From: Bryobacterales bacterium
Lineage (GTDB): Bacteria; Acidobacteriota; Terriglobia; Bryobacterales; UBA6623
NCBI GenBank assembly: GCA_963422375.2
Contig: OY729427.2
Location: 1,280,001 to 1,344,000, forward strand
Reading direction: 5' to 3'
Length of the DNA stretch: 64,000 nucleotides
Shown: positions 11,015 to 19,264 of the stretch, piece by piece
Layout of the letters: each line of letters opens with the position of its first letter
Numbering within the stretch: the first letter of the stretch is position 1
Notes under the pieces: model-generated
Told to the model about the DNA's origin: nothing
The model's database searches: none
Seen by the model: the letters and a program-made list of their open reading frames with translations, nothing else
Made by a program: the position numbers and the translations under genes

Positions 11015-11269
11015 GTGCCTGTGACAAAACTCGTATTCCCTTGACAACAAGGACGTTAGGTCCAATCTCTCAAGGCGAAGATTTCACTGGAATGCTAGGA
11101 CTAGTCCGAAATCCTGCCAATTCTGGGTAGAGCGCGGAAATCTTCGCGATTGGCGGCCGAGCAACTTCCGACCTTGGGCCCTATATATTGTGTTTGAAGA
11201 TCCATCCGACCTCAGGATGTAGTATGAAATGCTGATCGGGCCAGAATTCAGGGGTTTTGTCACAAGCAC
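11015..11269. mobile_element. 255-bp MITE, copy 1
   Basis: Terminal IRs GTGCCTGTGACAAAAC / GTTTTGTCACAAGCAC; flanking direct repeat TACGTA; second copy at 51347-51601. Confidence 0.9.
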
Positions 11270-12491
11270 TACGTACTTCGGTCAACCGGTTGCACGCTCG
11301 TACAGCCGCTTTCCGGTGCCAGATGTCTCTCTGACGCTTGGCGAGCCTAGCTTCCTCCTTGTAGGCAGCAAGTGCGTGATCAGGAATGCGCCCTCATCCC
11401 CACGGCTTCGTGAACGTCTCGCCGAGTCTTCCCTCGGGGAACTGATCCGAGAAATACTCGGCCGACAGAGAACGATGCTTTCGAGGGACGTTGTAGATTC
11501 TCATGTGCGATGAACCCGCAAGCTCGATTCCCCATGATGGTGCAGACCAAATCGCCAAGCTTCGAAGCAATTCATACTTGGTTAAATTTTCGCCGAAGTG
11601 TGTGTCTCAATCCAAGTGCAAATATGTCGTTATTATAGTGGACATTGCTGTACTTTTGCAATTATCCTAGACTTTATGCATTCGAAACGCGGACGAATCC
11701 AAGACATATGACGTATTTATTGTCTTTGAAGAGTTCTAGTCAATCCGCCTGTAAAAGCAAGATTCTACCTGTGGATGATCGCCGATGGAGAACCTCCAGT
11801 CGCTTCACATTTCCATCAGAGGAGCGGTCTTCGCAAAACAGAACTCGCACGTGACAACCTACTCTTGTGGAACAGACGGCAAGCTGATCTTCCCTGATCC
11901 TAGCTCCAAGGCAATCCGATACTGCGGCAATAATGAACCCAATAGATGGAACTCATATCAGAACATTGCGAATGCATAATCGAGAAATCCATGTCGAAAC
12001 AGGCTCAGTGGACAATCGCAATGACCCGCAGAGTGGCACCGCGTCAACGTGTATTACCAGCTTTGACTCGCCGTGCTCTGTCCATTCGTGAACGTGAATC
12101 CACTCAGGCCGAACTCCGGTGATTCGAGCGTTGGCGAGTCTCGAGTTCTGCACGCTGTGAGTGTACGCCCAGCCGCGGCGAAGCGATCCGCGCCCTTCCG
12201 TCTAGTACGCTGCGGGATCTGCCGGTAGCACCACATCGGCACCGCGTGCAGGAGCGCTTCCGGGATCGATCTCCCGCACCGGCAGGGCGCCCCCTCTGTC
12301 CCAGAACGATGTCCTGCTATCCGGCGTCCCCTGACCAGCGTATCGCCTGCTGGGAAGTGGCAGGAATCTAGCCCGGCGCATGGACTTCGATGAAGAAGGC
12401 AACGTCGCTCCCGACATGGCGCAGCAAGTCGTAGCTCGCAGTATGCCGAGCACCAGACCTGTCTTGCACGGAAGCACTCTTGCGATACGCA

Positions 12492-13514
12492 TCACGCTGC
12501 TTTGTCGGCGACAGAGTAGTCGTGGTCCAGCAAGACCTCCCTGTAGCGGCAGGCCTCCGCGAAGTCGCCGCCGTCCTGCCGGGGCGGGGCGCCCCGGTCC
12601 AGCCACTTCCGGTAACGCTTTTCCACGCCGGTCGAGACGCACTCGGACCGCAGTCTCGCATAGCGGTCGATGTCCTCTTTCGTCAGGCGGCTCCACTCGC
12701 GCCTCTCGACGACCAGGCGCAACCCGAAGAGATCGGTCTCCTCCCAGTCCCTCAGCACTCTCGCGCGCCACCGCCTCCAAGCGCCCCGCAGGCGCGGGAA
12801 CTGCCCCGGGCTGTCGGCCAGGACCGCCCAGCAACACGCGATCCCCCTGCAATGCAATGCCGCCGCCAGCGGCTCGTGCCGAGCCAAGTGCAAGTTCAGC
12901 CCGCGCTCGCTCTCCCCCGAGTGCGCGTAGCAGAACTCGGCCGCCGGATGGTCGCCGGACGCTGCCTTGATCGGTAGCAGATCCGGAAACCGCCTGGACT
13001 TGCCCGCCTTGGTCCGAGCCGAAGCCGGAAAGGCGTCGGAGGGAACGCCAAGAGATTCGAAGTGCGCCGCCTTGGTCGGCTGGTCCAGCAGCCACCGGCC
13101 GGCGCTCTCGGACTCGAGAACGTAGTCCAATGCGAGCAGCCGCCGCTTGATGCCGCGTCGCGCCGCCCCGCGGCGCGAGAGGGAGTCCTCGCATCCGACA
13201 GACCGGCACAGGTCGGCGCCGGTCACCCGGTAGAGAGACTTCCCCGCGACAGGGACTGCATGGCCGTGCGCCTCTGCACGCCGCAGCAGTCGAACCTCCG
13301 CGCCTCCGGGTGCGTACCCGGCGTAGGACCGGAACTGCCGCCGCACGAAATACCCGCCGAGCAGCGCGGCGGCGGCCAGGAATTCGGCTTCGGCCGACCG
13401 GTACCCGAAGTCCGCCAATCCGGCCGCGCGCTCGCGAAGTTCCCCGCGGATCCCGTCGGACGCGCACTCTGAATTCCCTGCCCTCGCGGCGGTGCCGCCC
13501 TCGTCGCTCGTCAT
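12492..13514 (-). CDS. Hypothetical T4SS-associated protein with possible N-terminal winged helix (340 aa)
   Basis: ATG overlaps the upstream stop (ATGA); last gene of the operon; host-like codon usage. Confidence 0.7.
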   Translation of the reverse strand: MTSDEGGTAARAGNSECASDGIRGELRERAAGLADFGYRSAEAEFLAAAALLGGYFVRRQFRSYAGYAPGGAEVRLLRRAEAHGHAVPVAGKSLYRVTGADLCRSVGCEDSLSRRGAARRGIKRRLLALDYVLESESAGRWLLDQPTKAAHFESLGVPSDAFPASARTKAGKSRRFPDLLPIKAASGDHPAAEFCYAHSGESERGLNLHLARHEPLAAALHCRGIACCWAVLADSPGQFPRLRGAWRRWRARVLRDWEETDLFGLRLVVERREWSRLTKEDIDRYARLRSECVSTGVEKRYRKWLDRGAPPRQDGGDFAEACRYREVLLDHDYSVADKAA

Positions 13515-14470
13515 CTGGCGGGCGCCGCCTCGAGCGAGGGTGTCTCCGGATGGACCTGCCCGTCGGCATCCATCGCATAGAGCTGGAAGCCCGCGTCCGA
13601 CTTGGCCCGCAGGGCGGAATCCCGATAGTGCGACGTGGTGACCTCCACGTCGATCGATCCGCGGCCGCCGGAACCGGCCGAGGGCGACGTCTCGTACTCG
13701 ATGCGTGCGTCGGGAAAGGCCAGCTTGCCGACGACGACGGCCAGATCCAGTTCGGCGGCCGCCTGCGCGCGCGCTTCCGCCGCGGGGGCTCCGTCGCGCT
13801 TGGCCCGGTCCGCGATCCGCTTCGCAATCCTCTGCAGTTCCTCGTCGGTGCGGACGCGCAAGACACGGCCGCCGCTCGCCCTGATGGCCCCGGCTTCCTT
13901 GCGCCCCGCCCGGTACACCGCGATGTCGTGCAGCACCTGCGCGCTCCGCGCCGGCCCGGCATGGTAGGCCTGCGCGTCCCCGTCGCCCGGCTCGCGCGGA
14001 TCCACCGAGCGCTCCATGAGCCGCTTGCCGCTCTGCGTGAGCGTCGCGACCTCCAAGGAGAGGCGGCCCCTCCGGAACCGTTCCGTGCGCAGCAGGCCGG
14101 CCCGCTCGAGCTCGGCCACGGCCCGGCGGGCGCGCCGGCCGGACTCGAACACCCCGTTCAGGTCGCCAGCCTCCACCGCGCCGTAGATTCCGACCGCGCG
14201 GAGCGCCTCGACGCTGTCGGCGGCGAGCCGGTGACGGCCCCACCGGGCAACTCCGCGACCGGCCCGCTCCACGCGGTCCGCCCGCGGCTCCCAGAGCGTC
14301 TCCAGCTCCGGGGAGCGCCCGGAGCGCGGGATTGGCGGAACAGCGCGAGGTCTCGTCGTCTCTGGGCGGCGGTCCCGCTCGGGGGACTTGCCCTGAGCGG
14401 GAGAGCGAGCGAGGCCGACGGTCGGGCCGCCCCCCTCCTCCTGCGTCCGCGGATCGAGCGCCCGCCTCAC
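13511..14470 (-). CDS. Replic_Relax / MOBC-like putative relaxase (wHTH + PD-(D/E)XK-like domain)
   Basis: GTG overlaps the upstream TGA; wHTH-like segment RRAVAELERAGLLRT..LTQSG; LHDIAV; FPDARIEY...IDVEV. Confidence 0.6.
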   Translation of the reverse strand: MRRALDPRTQEEGGGPTVGLARSPAQGKSPERDRRPETTRPRAVPPIPRSGRSPELETLWEPRADRVERAGRGVARWGRHRLAADSVEALRAVGIYGAVEAGDLNGVFESGRRARRAVAELERAGLLRTERFRRGRLSLEVATLTQSGKRLMERSVDPREPGDGDAQAYHAGPARSAQVLHDIAVYRAGRKEAGAIRASGGRVLRVRTDEELQRIAKRIADRAKRDGAPAAEARAQAAAELDLAVVVGKLAFPDARIEYETSPSAGSGGRGSIDVEVTTSHYRDSALRAKSDAGFQLYAMDADGQVHPETPSLEAAPAR

Positions 14471-14775
14471 GCCTGCCCCTCCTTTTGCTCGCGGAGCCGT
14501 CTGGCCAGCTCGCTGTCGAACGTGGACCCCTGGCGGATCTCGCCTTCCAGGCGCCGCAGCTTCCGGCCCGCGTCGCCGAGGCCAAGACGCCGCGCCAGCC
14601 AGTATAGGAACGCGAACAGGTCGAACGCCAGAGCGCAGGCGTAGGCCGCGACTACGGGCCCGTGCCGCACCGCCAGCTCGTCGCGATACGGTGCCAGGTA
14701 TTCGAACTCGTCCAGCGCCAGCCAGACGGCGACGCCGCCGATCGAGATCGTCAGCCCGAACGCGATGCGCGCCAT
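14467..14775 (-). CDS. Small membrane protein (2 TM) in the T4SS operon
   Basis: 102-aa ORF tightly packed between virB8 and the relaxase-like gene; two hydrophobic stretches. Confidence 0.7.
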   Translation of the reverse strand: MARIAFGLTISIGGVAVWLALDEFEYLAPYRDELAVRHGPVVAAYACALAFDLFAFLYWLARRLGLGDAGRKLRRLEGEIRQGSTFDSELARRLREQKEGQA

Positions 14776-14778
14776 GGC

Positions 14779-15429
14779 TCAGTCCGCGATCCGGTCGCTG
14801 CGGAAGTAGGTGATCGCGAGCCCCAGCGGGTTGACCGCCAGCAGCTCGCGGGGCGGGTTCGGCAGGAAGCGAAACTCGAATTCCGACGTCCAGCGCCTGC
14901 GGCCGACCGTCCGGCCGGTCGGGTCGCGCAGCGTCTCGGTGAAGTCCACGCGCGCCCGGTAGGGCTCCTCGCGCGAGGGCTGGACCTGCACGGCGTTGAT
15001 CTCGAGCTCGGTCTCGGTGCCGTCGCCGCCCATGAACCCCACCAGTTCCCCGCTGGCCTCCTGCTCGTCCAGCAGGCGCCGCGCCAGCGGCCGGTCCAAG
15101 AACAGCAGGGAGTCCTTCCACGCGTCCAGGGCGAGACCGCGCCGCCGCTCCCGGTTCATCACCAAGAACCGCCGCAGGAAGTACTTCACTTCCGGCTTGG
15201 CCACGTCGGGCCGGTAGGCCGCCGCCTTGTAATCGACAGCCTCCGCCCGGCCGACCTCGTCGATGCGCACCACCAGCGGAGACAGGTGCTCGAAGCGGTC
15301 GAACGTGCGCCAGCAAAGCAGCAGCAGGCCCGCGCAGACCAGCGATAGAGCCCCGAGGGCGATCTTCAGGTAGCGGTTGGTGGACAGCACCTCCGCCCAG
15401 ATTTCGGCGTACGCCTCTTGCGCTTGCAT
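14779..15429 (-). CDS. virB8: VirB8/TrbF family T4SS protein
   Basis: ATG with GGAGG RBS; one TM followed by PLVVRIDEVG; C-terminal NPLGLAITYF. Confidence 0.88.
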   Translation of the reverse strand: MQAQEAYAEIWAEVLSTNRYLKIALGALSLVCAGLLLLCWRTFDRFEHLSPLVVRIDEVGRAEAVDYKAAAYRPDVAKPEVKYFLRRFLVMNRERRRGLALDAWKDSLLFLDRPLARRLLDEQEASGELVGFMGGDGTETELEINAVQVQPSREEPYRARVDFTETLRDPTGRTVGRRRWTSEFEFRFLPNPPRELLAVNPLGLAITYFRSDRIAD

Positions 15430-15440
15430 GGATTGCCTCC

Positions 15441-16328
15441 TTACGTGACGGCCCGCCGGGCGATCGACGAGGCGAACGAGCCCGCCCCGGTGACGAAGCT
15501 GCCGCCTCCGTGGAAGATCGAGCTGGTCAGCGAATGCACCTTGAACATCGCCAGCAGCGCCACCAGCAGAACCACCGACGAGTAGAAGAACCAGGTGACC
15601 TGGCCGCTCAGGCCGGACGGCACGGAGGCCCACAGCCCGTCGAGCATGAACGTGCAGAGGGCCAGGAAGGTCCAGCCCACCGCCGTGTAGAAGGAGAACT
15701 GCAGGTAGGACCGCAGCCAGCCCCAGAAGAGGAAGTCCATCCGCGGCACGAACAGCCACGGAATGAACAGCGGCCCGAGGACGGCGCAGGCCCCGGCCGC
15801 GACGCGCCCCGCCGCGATGGATGCGATCAGCAGCGCCGCGCAGGCGGTGTTGAACAGCAGGATCACGAAGGTCCAGATCAGCGAGCCCGCTCCCATGAAG
15901 AAGTCGAAGAAGCTCCACGACGTCAGGTCCCGCCAGGCCTCGTGGAACGACACCGCGAAGTTCCACGTGATGAAGCCGTCGATCTGGCGCGAGTAGAAGT
16001 CCGCGGCGCGGATCGGCAGTGTCCCGAAGGGCAGGCCCAGCCCCGGCACGTCCTGGACGTAGAAGCGGATCATGGCGAGGCTGAACGACATCGAGAGCAC
16101 CATCGGCAGGAAGCGCGACCAGGGAATGCCCTGGCCGGCGAAGGCCGTTTGGATCCCGACCCACGCGATGGTCAGCGCGGCGAGCGCCCGGAAGAGCATC
16201 AGGCCCTCGGGGACGAAGAGCGGGGCGAGGTTCTGGATCGCCTGGTCGATCGACGCGAACGCCCACAGCAGCGGGAACTCGGTCGGATCGGTCGGCGGAA
16301 CCGGCGGGGGAGTCGGCAGGAGTTGCAC
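15441..16328 (-). CDS. virB6: VirB6/TrbL family polytopic membrane protein
   Basis: Multiple TMs; LGPLFIPWLFVPRMDFLFWGWL motif; position in operon. Confidence 0.85.
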   Translation of the reverse strand: MQLLPTPPPVPPTDPTEFPLLWAFASIDQAIQNLAPLFVPEGLMLFRALAALTIAWVGIQTAFAGQGIPWSRFLPMVLSMSFSLAMIRFYVQDVPGLGLPFGTLPIRAADFYSRQIDGFITWNFAVSFHEAWRDLTSWSFFDFFMGAGSLIWTFVILLFNTACAALLIASIAAGRVAAGACAVLGPLFIPWLFVPRMDFLFWGWLRSYLQFSFYTAVGWTFLALCTFMLDGLWASVPSGLSGQVTWFFYSSVVLLVALLAMFKVHSLTSSIFHGGGSFVTGAGSFASSIARRAVT

Positions 16329-16352
16329 GGAAGGATCACCCCGGGTGGGTCG

Positions 16353-17207
16353 TCAGGGCATCCGCCAGCGCGGCCGCGGCTGGGACGCGGCCAGCGCGCT
16401 GTACTGGGCGGCCGTGTCCATCGCTCGCGCCAGGCGGTCCCGCTCGCGCTTGAGCCCGGCCAGCTCGGCTTCCAGCAGGGCGTCCAGCAGCTGGTTGGTC
16501 TGCTCCGTGCCGTGGATCTGGCGCACCTGCCCCACCGAGACCTTCCCGAGCAAGGCCGGCAGGGCCTGCGAGCCGTTGCTCGGATCGAGCGCCGCGCGCT
16601 CGAGGGCGCTGTGGGCGCGCCGACGCTCGGGGGCCAGCCTCCGGATCGATCCGAGCACCGCCATCGAGCGAACCGCGGCCGCGTCCGCCAGCTCGATGGT
16701 GGAGTGCTCGCGCCGGACCTTGGCCCGCACGTGCCCGGGCAGCGCGCGCAGCGCATCGCTCCAGTCCGGAACGGGCGCCGCCGCCCGGCCGTAGACGGAG
16801 ACGGCGCTCTGCGAGGCTCCGTTAATCACCCGCGTCCATCCGCCGCTCGTGCCGTAGCGGTTGGCCGAGGCGCTGCGCAGCCAGCGGGTGGCAGAGGCCT
16901 GGAAGCGCGAGAGCGAGCCGAGATCGCGCAGCGTGCCGGCCACGCCGGCGTAATGGTCCAAGGTGTTCGAGGCGACGGTGCCGAGGTTCTTGAGCTCGAC
17001 GAGTCGGTCCCGGGCTGCCTCGACCACGGGCCGGGCCTCCTTGATGGTCACCGGCATCAGGCCCGCGGCGCCGAGGCCGCCGCCGCCGAGGCCGAAGGCC
17101 TTGCCCACGGCCTTGCCGATGCCGCCGAAGAAGGCGCCCCAGAACGGCAGCGCGGGCGTCGCCAGCGCCAAGGCCAGCGCGGCGAGAAGGATGAGTCTCT
17201 TGGTCAT
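16353..17207 (-). CDS. VirB5/TrbJ-like secreted T4SS protein
   Basis: AAGGAG RBS, signal peptide, helical C-terminus (QTNQLLDALLE); immediately upstream of virB6. Confidence 0.6.
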   Translation of the reverse strand: MTKRLILLAALALALATPALPFWGAFFGGIGKAVGKAFGLGGGGLGAAGLMPVTIKEARPVVEAARDRLVELKNLGTVASNTLDHYAGVAGTLRDLGSLSRFQASATRWLRSASANRYGTSGGWTRVINGASQSAVSVYGRAAAPVPDWSDALRALPGHVRAKVRREHSTIELADAAAVRSMAVLGSIRRLAPERRRAHSALERAALDPSNGSQALPALLGKVSVGQVRQIHGTEQTNQLLDALLEAELAGLKRERDRLARAMDTAAQYSALAASQPRPRWRMP

Positions 17208-18424
17208 GATTTGTCTCCTTGGGTTCGGTCCCGCCCGTAGGCGGGGAGGGCCAGGTCCTCGGTCAGGTAGATGCGGATCCGGTGGCCTTCCCGGACCGTG
17301 ACCGTTGGCAGCCGGTTGAGGTACCGGTCGAGCACCCGCTCGGCCGAGCGGGCCATGCCGGCGCCCGTCGACAGGCGCGCGGCGCCGAGTCGCGTCGAGA
17401 AGGCCTCCTGCGGGCTGACGGCCTGCGTCAGACCCGCCAGGGCTCCCACCGCCCCCGCCGCGGCGAACGTGGACAGGTAGTGCCGGTCGACGCGGTCCCG
17501 CAGGCCCGTCTCGCCGATCTGGTTCAGGCCGGCGGCCTTGCCGAGGGAGACCGCGGCGCCGTCCGGCAGGATCAGGCGGTGGAAGACCACGGCCAGGCGG
17601 ATCTGGCCCCATTCCTCCACGCGGCTCGCCGCTCCGAGAGCGCGCGTGCCGCGCGGCACCAGCACGCGCTGCCGCGAGCGGTCGAAGACGTCGGCCGACA
17701 CGACGGCGTTCACCGGGCCGGCGAAGTCGCCGACAAGTCGGTTGGCCAGCACGGCCTCGAGAAACTCGCCCTCGCGCAGGACGTAGGCGCCGGTAGCCGG
17801 GACTCGGTAGGAGTCCCGGCCGGAGTCCTCCGGGACCATGCCGGCGGGAGGCGCGACCGCCGCGTCCCGCGGCGCTTCGGTCGGAATCGAGTCAGGCGGC
17901 TCGCGCGGGGGAGGATCCGCCCCGGGCGCGGCCGGGGACGAGCCCCGGGCCTGGTCCGACCGGTCGCTCTGCACCAGCGGCGGAGTGCGGAGCGAGCGGT
18001 AGCGCCGCAGGCGCTCCTCCCGCTCGATCTGCTCTTCCGGGGTCAGTTCTCGGGCGTACCCGGCTCCCGCCCCGTGGGCAGCCGCCTCGGGAGGAGCCAC
18101 GGGAGCCGGCGGGTGCGGCAGGCCGTCCGGACGCGGCGCGGGCAGGCCGAGATCCCTTTGCAGGCGCCGCTCGGCGTCGCGCTCGACTTCCTCGCGCATG
18201 CGGCGGGCGGCGCTCTCGACCGACGTCACTCCGACGCCGGACGAGGCGGAGGGTGCGGCCGCTCCGCCCTCCGGTGCCTCCGCCGCGCGCGGGTCGTCGG
18301 CCTGGCCGGGAAACGTAACCAAGGTGATCGCGATCGCGGCGGTCAGGCTCACGAGCAGCCAGGCCTGCGCGCGGGCCGGGATCGCGCCGGGCGGGCGCGG
18401 GACCTTGTCGAGAATCTTCTTCAC
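17204..18424 (-). CDS. virB10: VirB10/TrbI family protein
   Basis: TM, Pro-rich linker, EAVLANRLVGDFAGPV, GLNQIGETGLRDRVDRHY, PTVTVREGHRIRIY. Confidence 0.92.
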   Translation of the reverse strand: MKKILDKVPRPPGAIPARAQAWLLVSLTAAIAITLVTFPGQADDPRAAEAPEGGAAAPSASSGVGVTSVESAARRMREEVERDAERRLQRDLGLPAPRPDGLPHPPAPVAPPEAAAHGAGAGYARELTPEEQIEREERLRRYRSLRTPPLVQSDRSDQARGSSPAAPGADPPPREPPDSIPTEAPRDAAVAPPAGMVPEDSGRDSYRVPATGAYVLREGEFLEAVLANRLVGDFAGPVNAVVSADVFDRSRQRVLVPRGTRALGAASRVEEWGQIRLAVVFHRLILPDGAAVSLGKAAGLNQIGETGLRDRVDRHYLSTFAAAGAVGALAGLTQAVSPQEAFSTRLGAARLSTGAGMARSAERVLDRYLNRLPTVTVREGHRIRIYLTEDLALPAYGRDRTQGDKS

Positions 18425-19260
18425 GGCAGCGCCTCCTTCAGATCCCGTGCCGCCCAGATCCCGTGCCGCCGGAAGCGCAGCTTGCGCTTCCCGATCTGCA
18501 GCCAGCCGTCGGCCAGGATCCGCCGCGTCACGTACAGCCCGTCGGCGAAGTCGTACGGCACCAGCGACGGCTTGCCGTCGCGCTGCTCGTACAGCACCGG
18601 CACCTCCTCCGGGTCGGCCCGGATGTAGGTGAAGCGCTCGTCGCGCCACATCGCCCGTACCTTGAACGGAGCGGCGCGGGCCGTCCGCTCCAGCGAGTAG
18701 TCGAACCGCAGGGATCCCGGATATTCCGAGCGGAAGCGCTCGATCCCGCTCGCGATCTCGCGGTCGGCCCGCTCCTCGGCGGCCAGCGCCCTCTGCCGGG
18801 CCGCGTCGGCCTCCCGCTCGAGGCGGGCCGCCGCGTCGCGCGCCTCGAAGCGCACAGGCTCCAGCCCCCGCCGCTCCGGATCGTCCGACCCGCGCGGGCG
18901 CAGGAACAGCTTCAGGTCGGGCTCGCCCGGCTCGTCGCCGAGCTCGCGGAAGAGCAGGGTGTAGACGTTGCCCAGGTCGGTCACCAGGGTCACGTTCGTG
19001 CGGATCCCCTTCGCGGTGGGCTTGACGAAGGCGAGGTTGGCGGTGCCTTGCACGCTCCAGTAGTCGGCGTCCCCGCAGATCCAGTCGAGGATGCGCTCGT
19101 CGGGGGGCAGCACGACGGCGGTGGCGAATCTGAGCCGCGCCCGGACTTCGATCACGTCCTCGGGCCCTGCCTCGGCGTCGCGGGCCCCGGCCGGCGCCGT
19201 CCAGACCAAGGCGCAGGCCAGGGCCGGCGGGAGCAGGGATTGCAGCTTGCGGTAGTTCAT
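18421..19260 (-). CDS. virB9: VirB9/TrbG family protein
   Basis: Signal peptide; FVKPT..TNVTLVT..G.VY; PF..RAMWRD.RFTYI; LVPY. Confidence 0.9.
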   Translation of the reverse strand: MNYRKLQSLLPPALACALVWTAPAGARDAEAGPEDVIEVRARLRFATAVVLPPDERILDWICGDADYWSVQGTANLAFVKPTAKGIRTNVTLVTDLGNVYTLLFRELGDEPGEPDLKLFLRPRGSDDPERRGLEPVRFEARDAAARLEREADAARQRALAAEERADREIASGIERFRSEYPGSLRFDYSLERTARAAPFKVRAMWRDERFTYIRADPEEVPVLYEQRDGKPSLVPYDFADGLYVTRRILADGWLQIGKRKLRFRRHGIWAARDLKEALP

Positions 19261-19264
19261 CGGT

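Noticed and set aside
11084..11269. 61-aa ORF present in both MITE copies
   Set aside because: Starts within the terminal IR, has no RBS, and is shared simply because the element is duplicated
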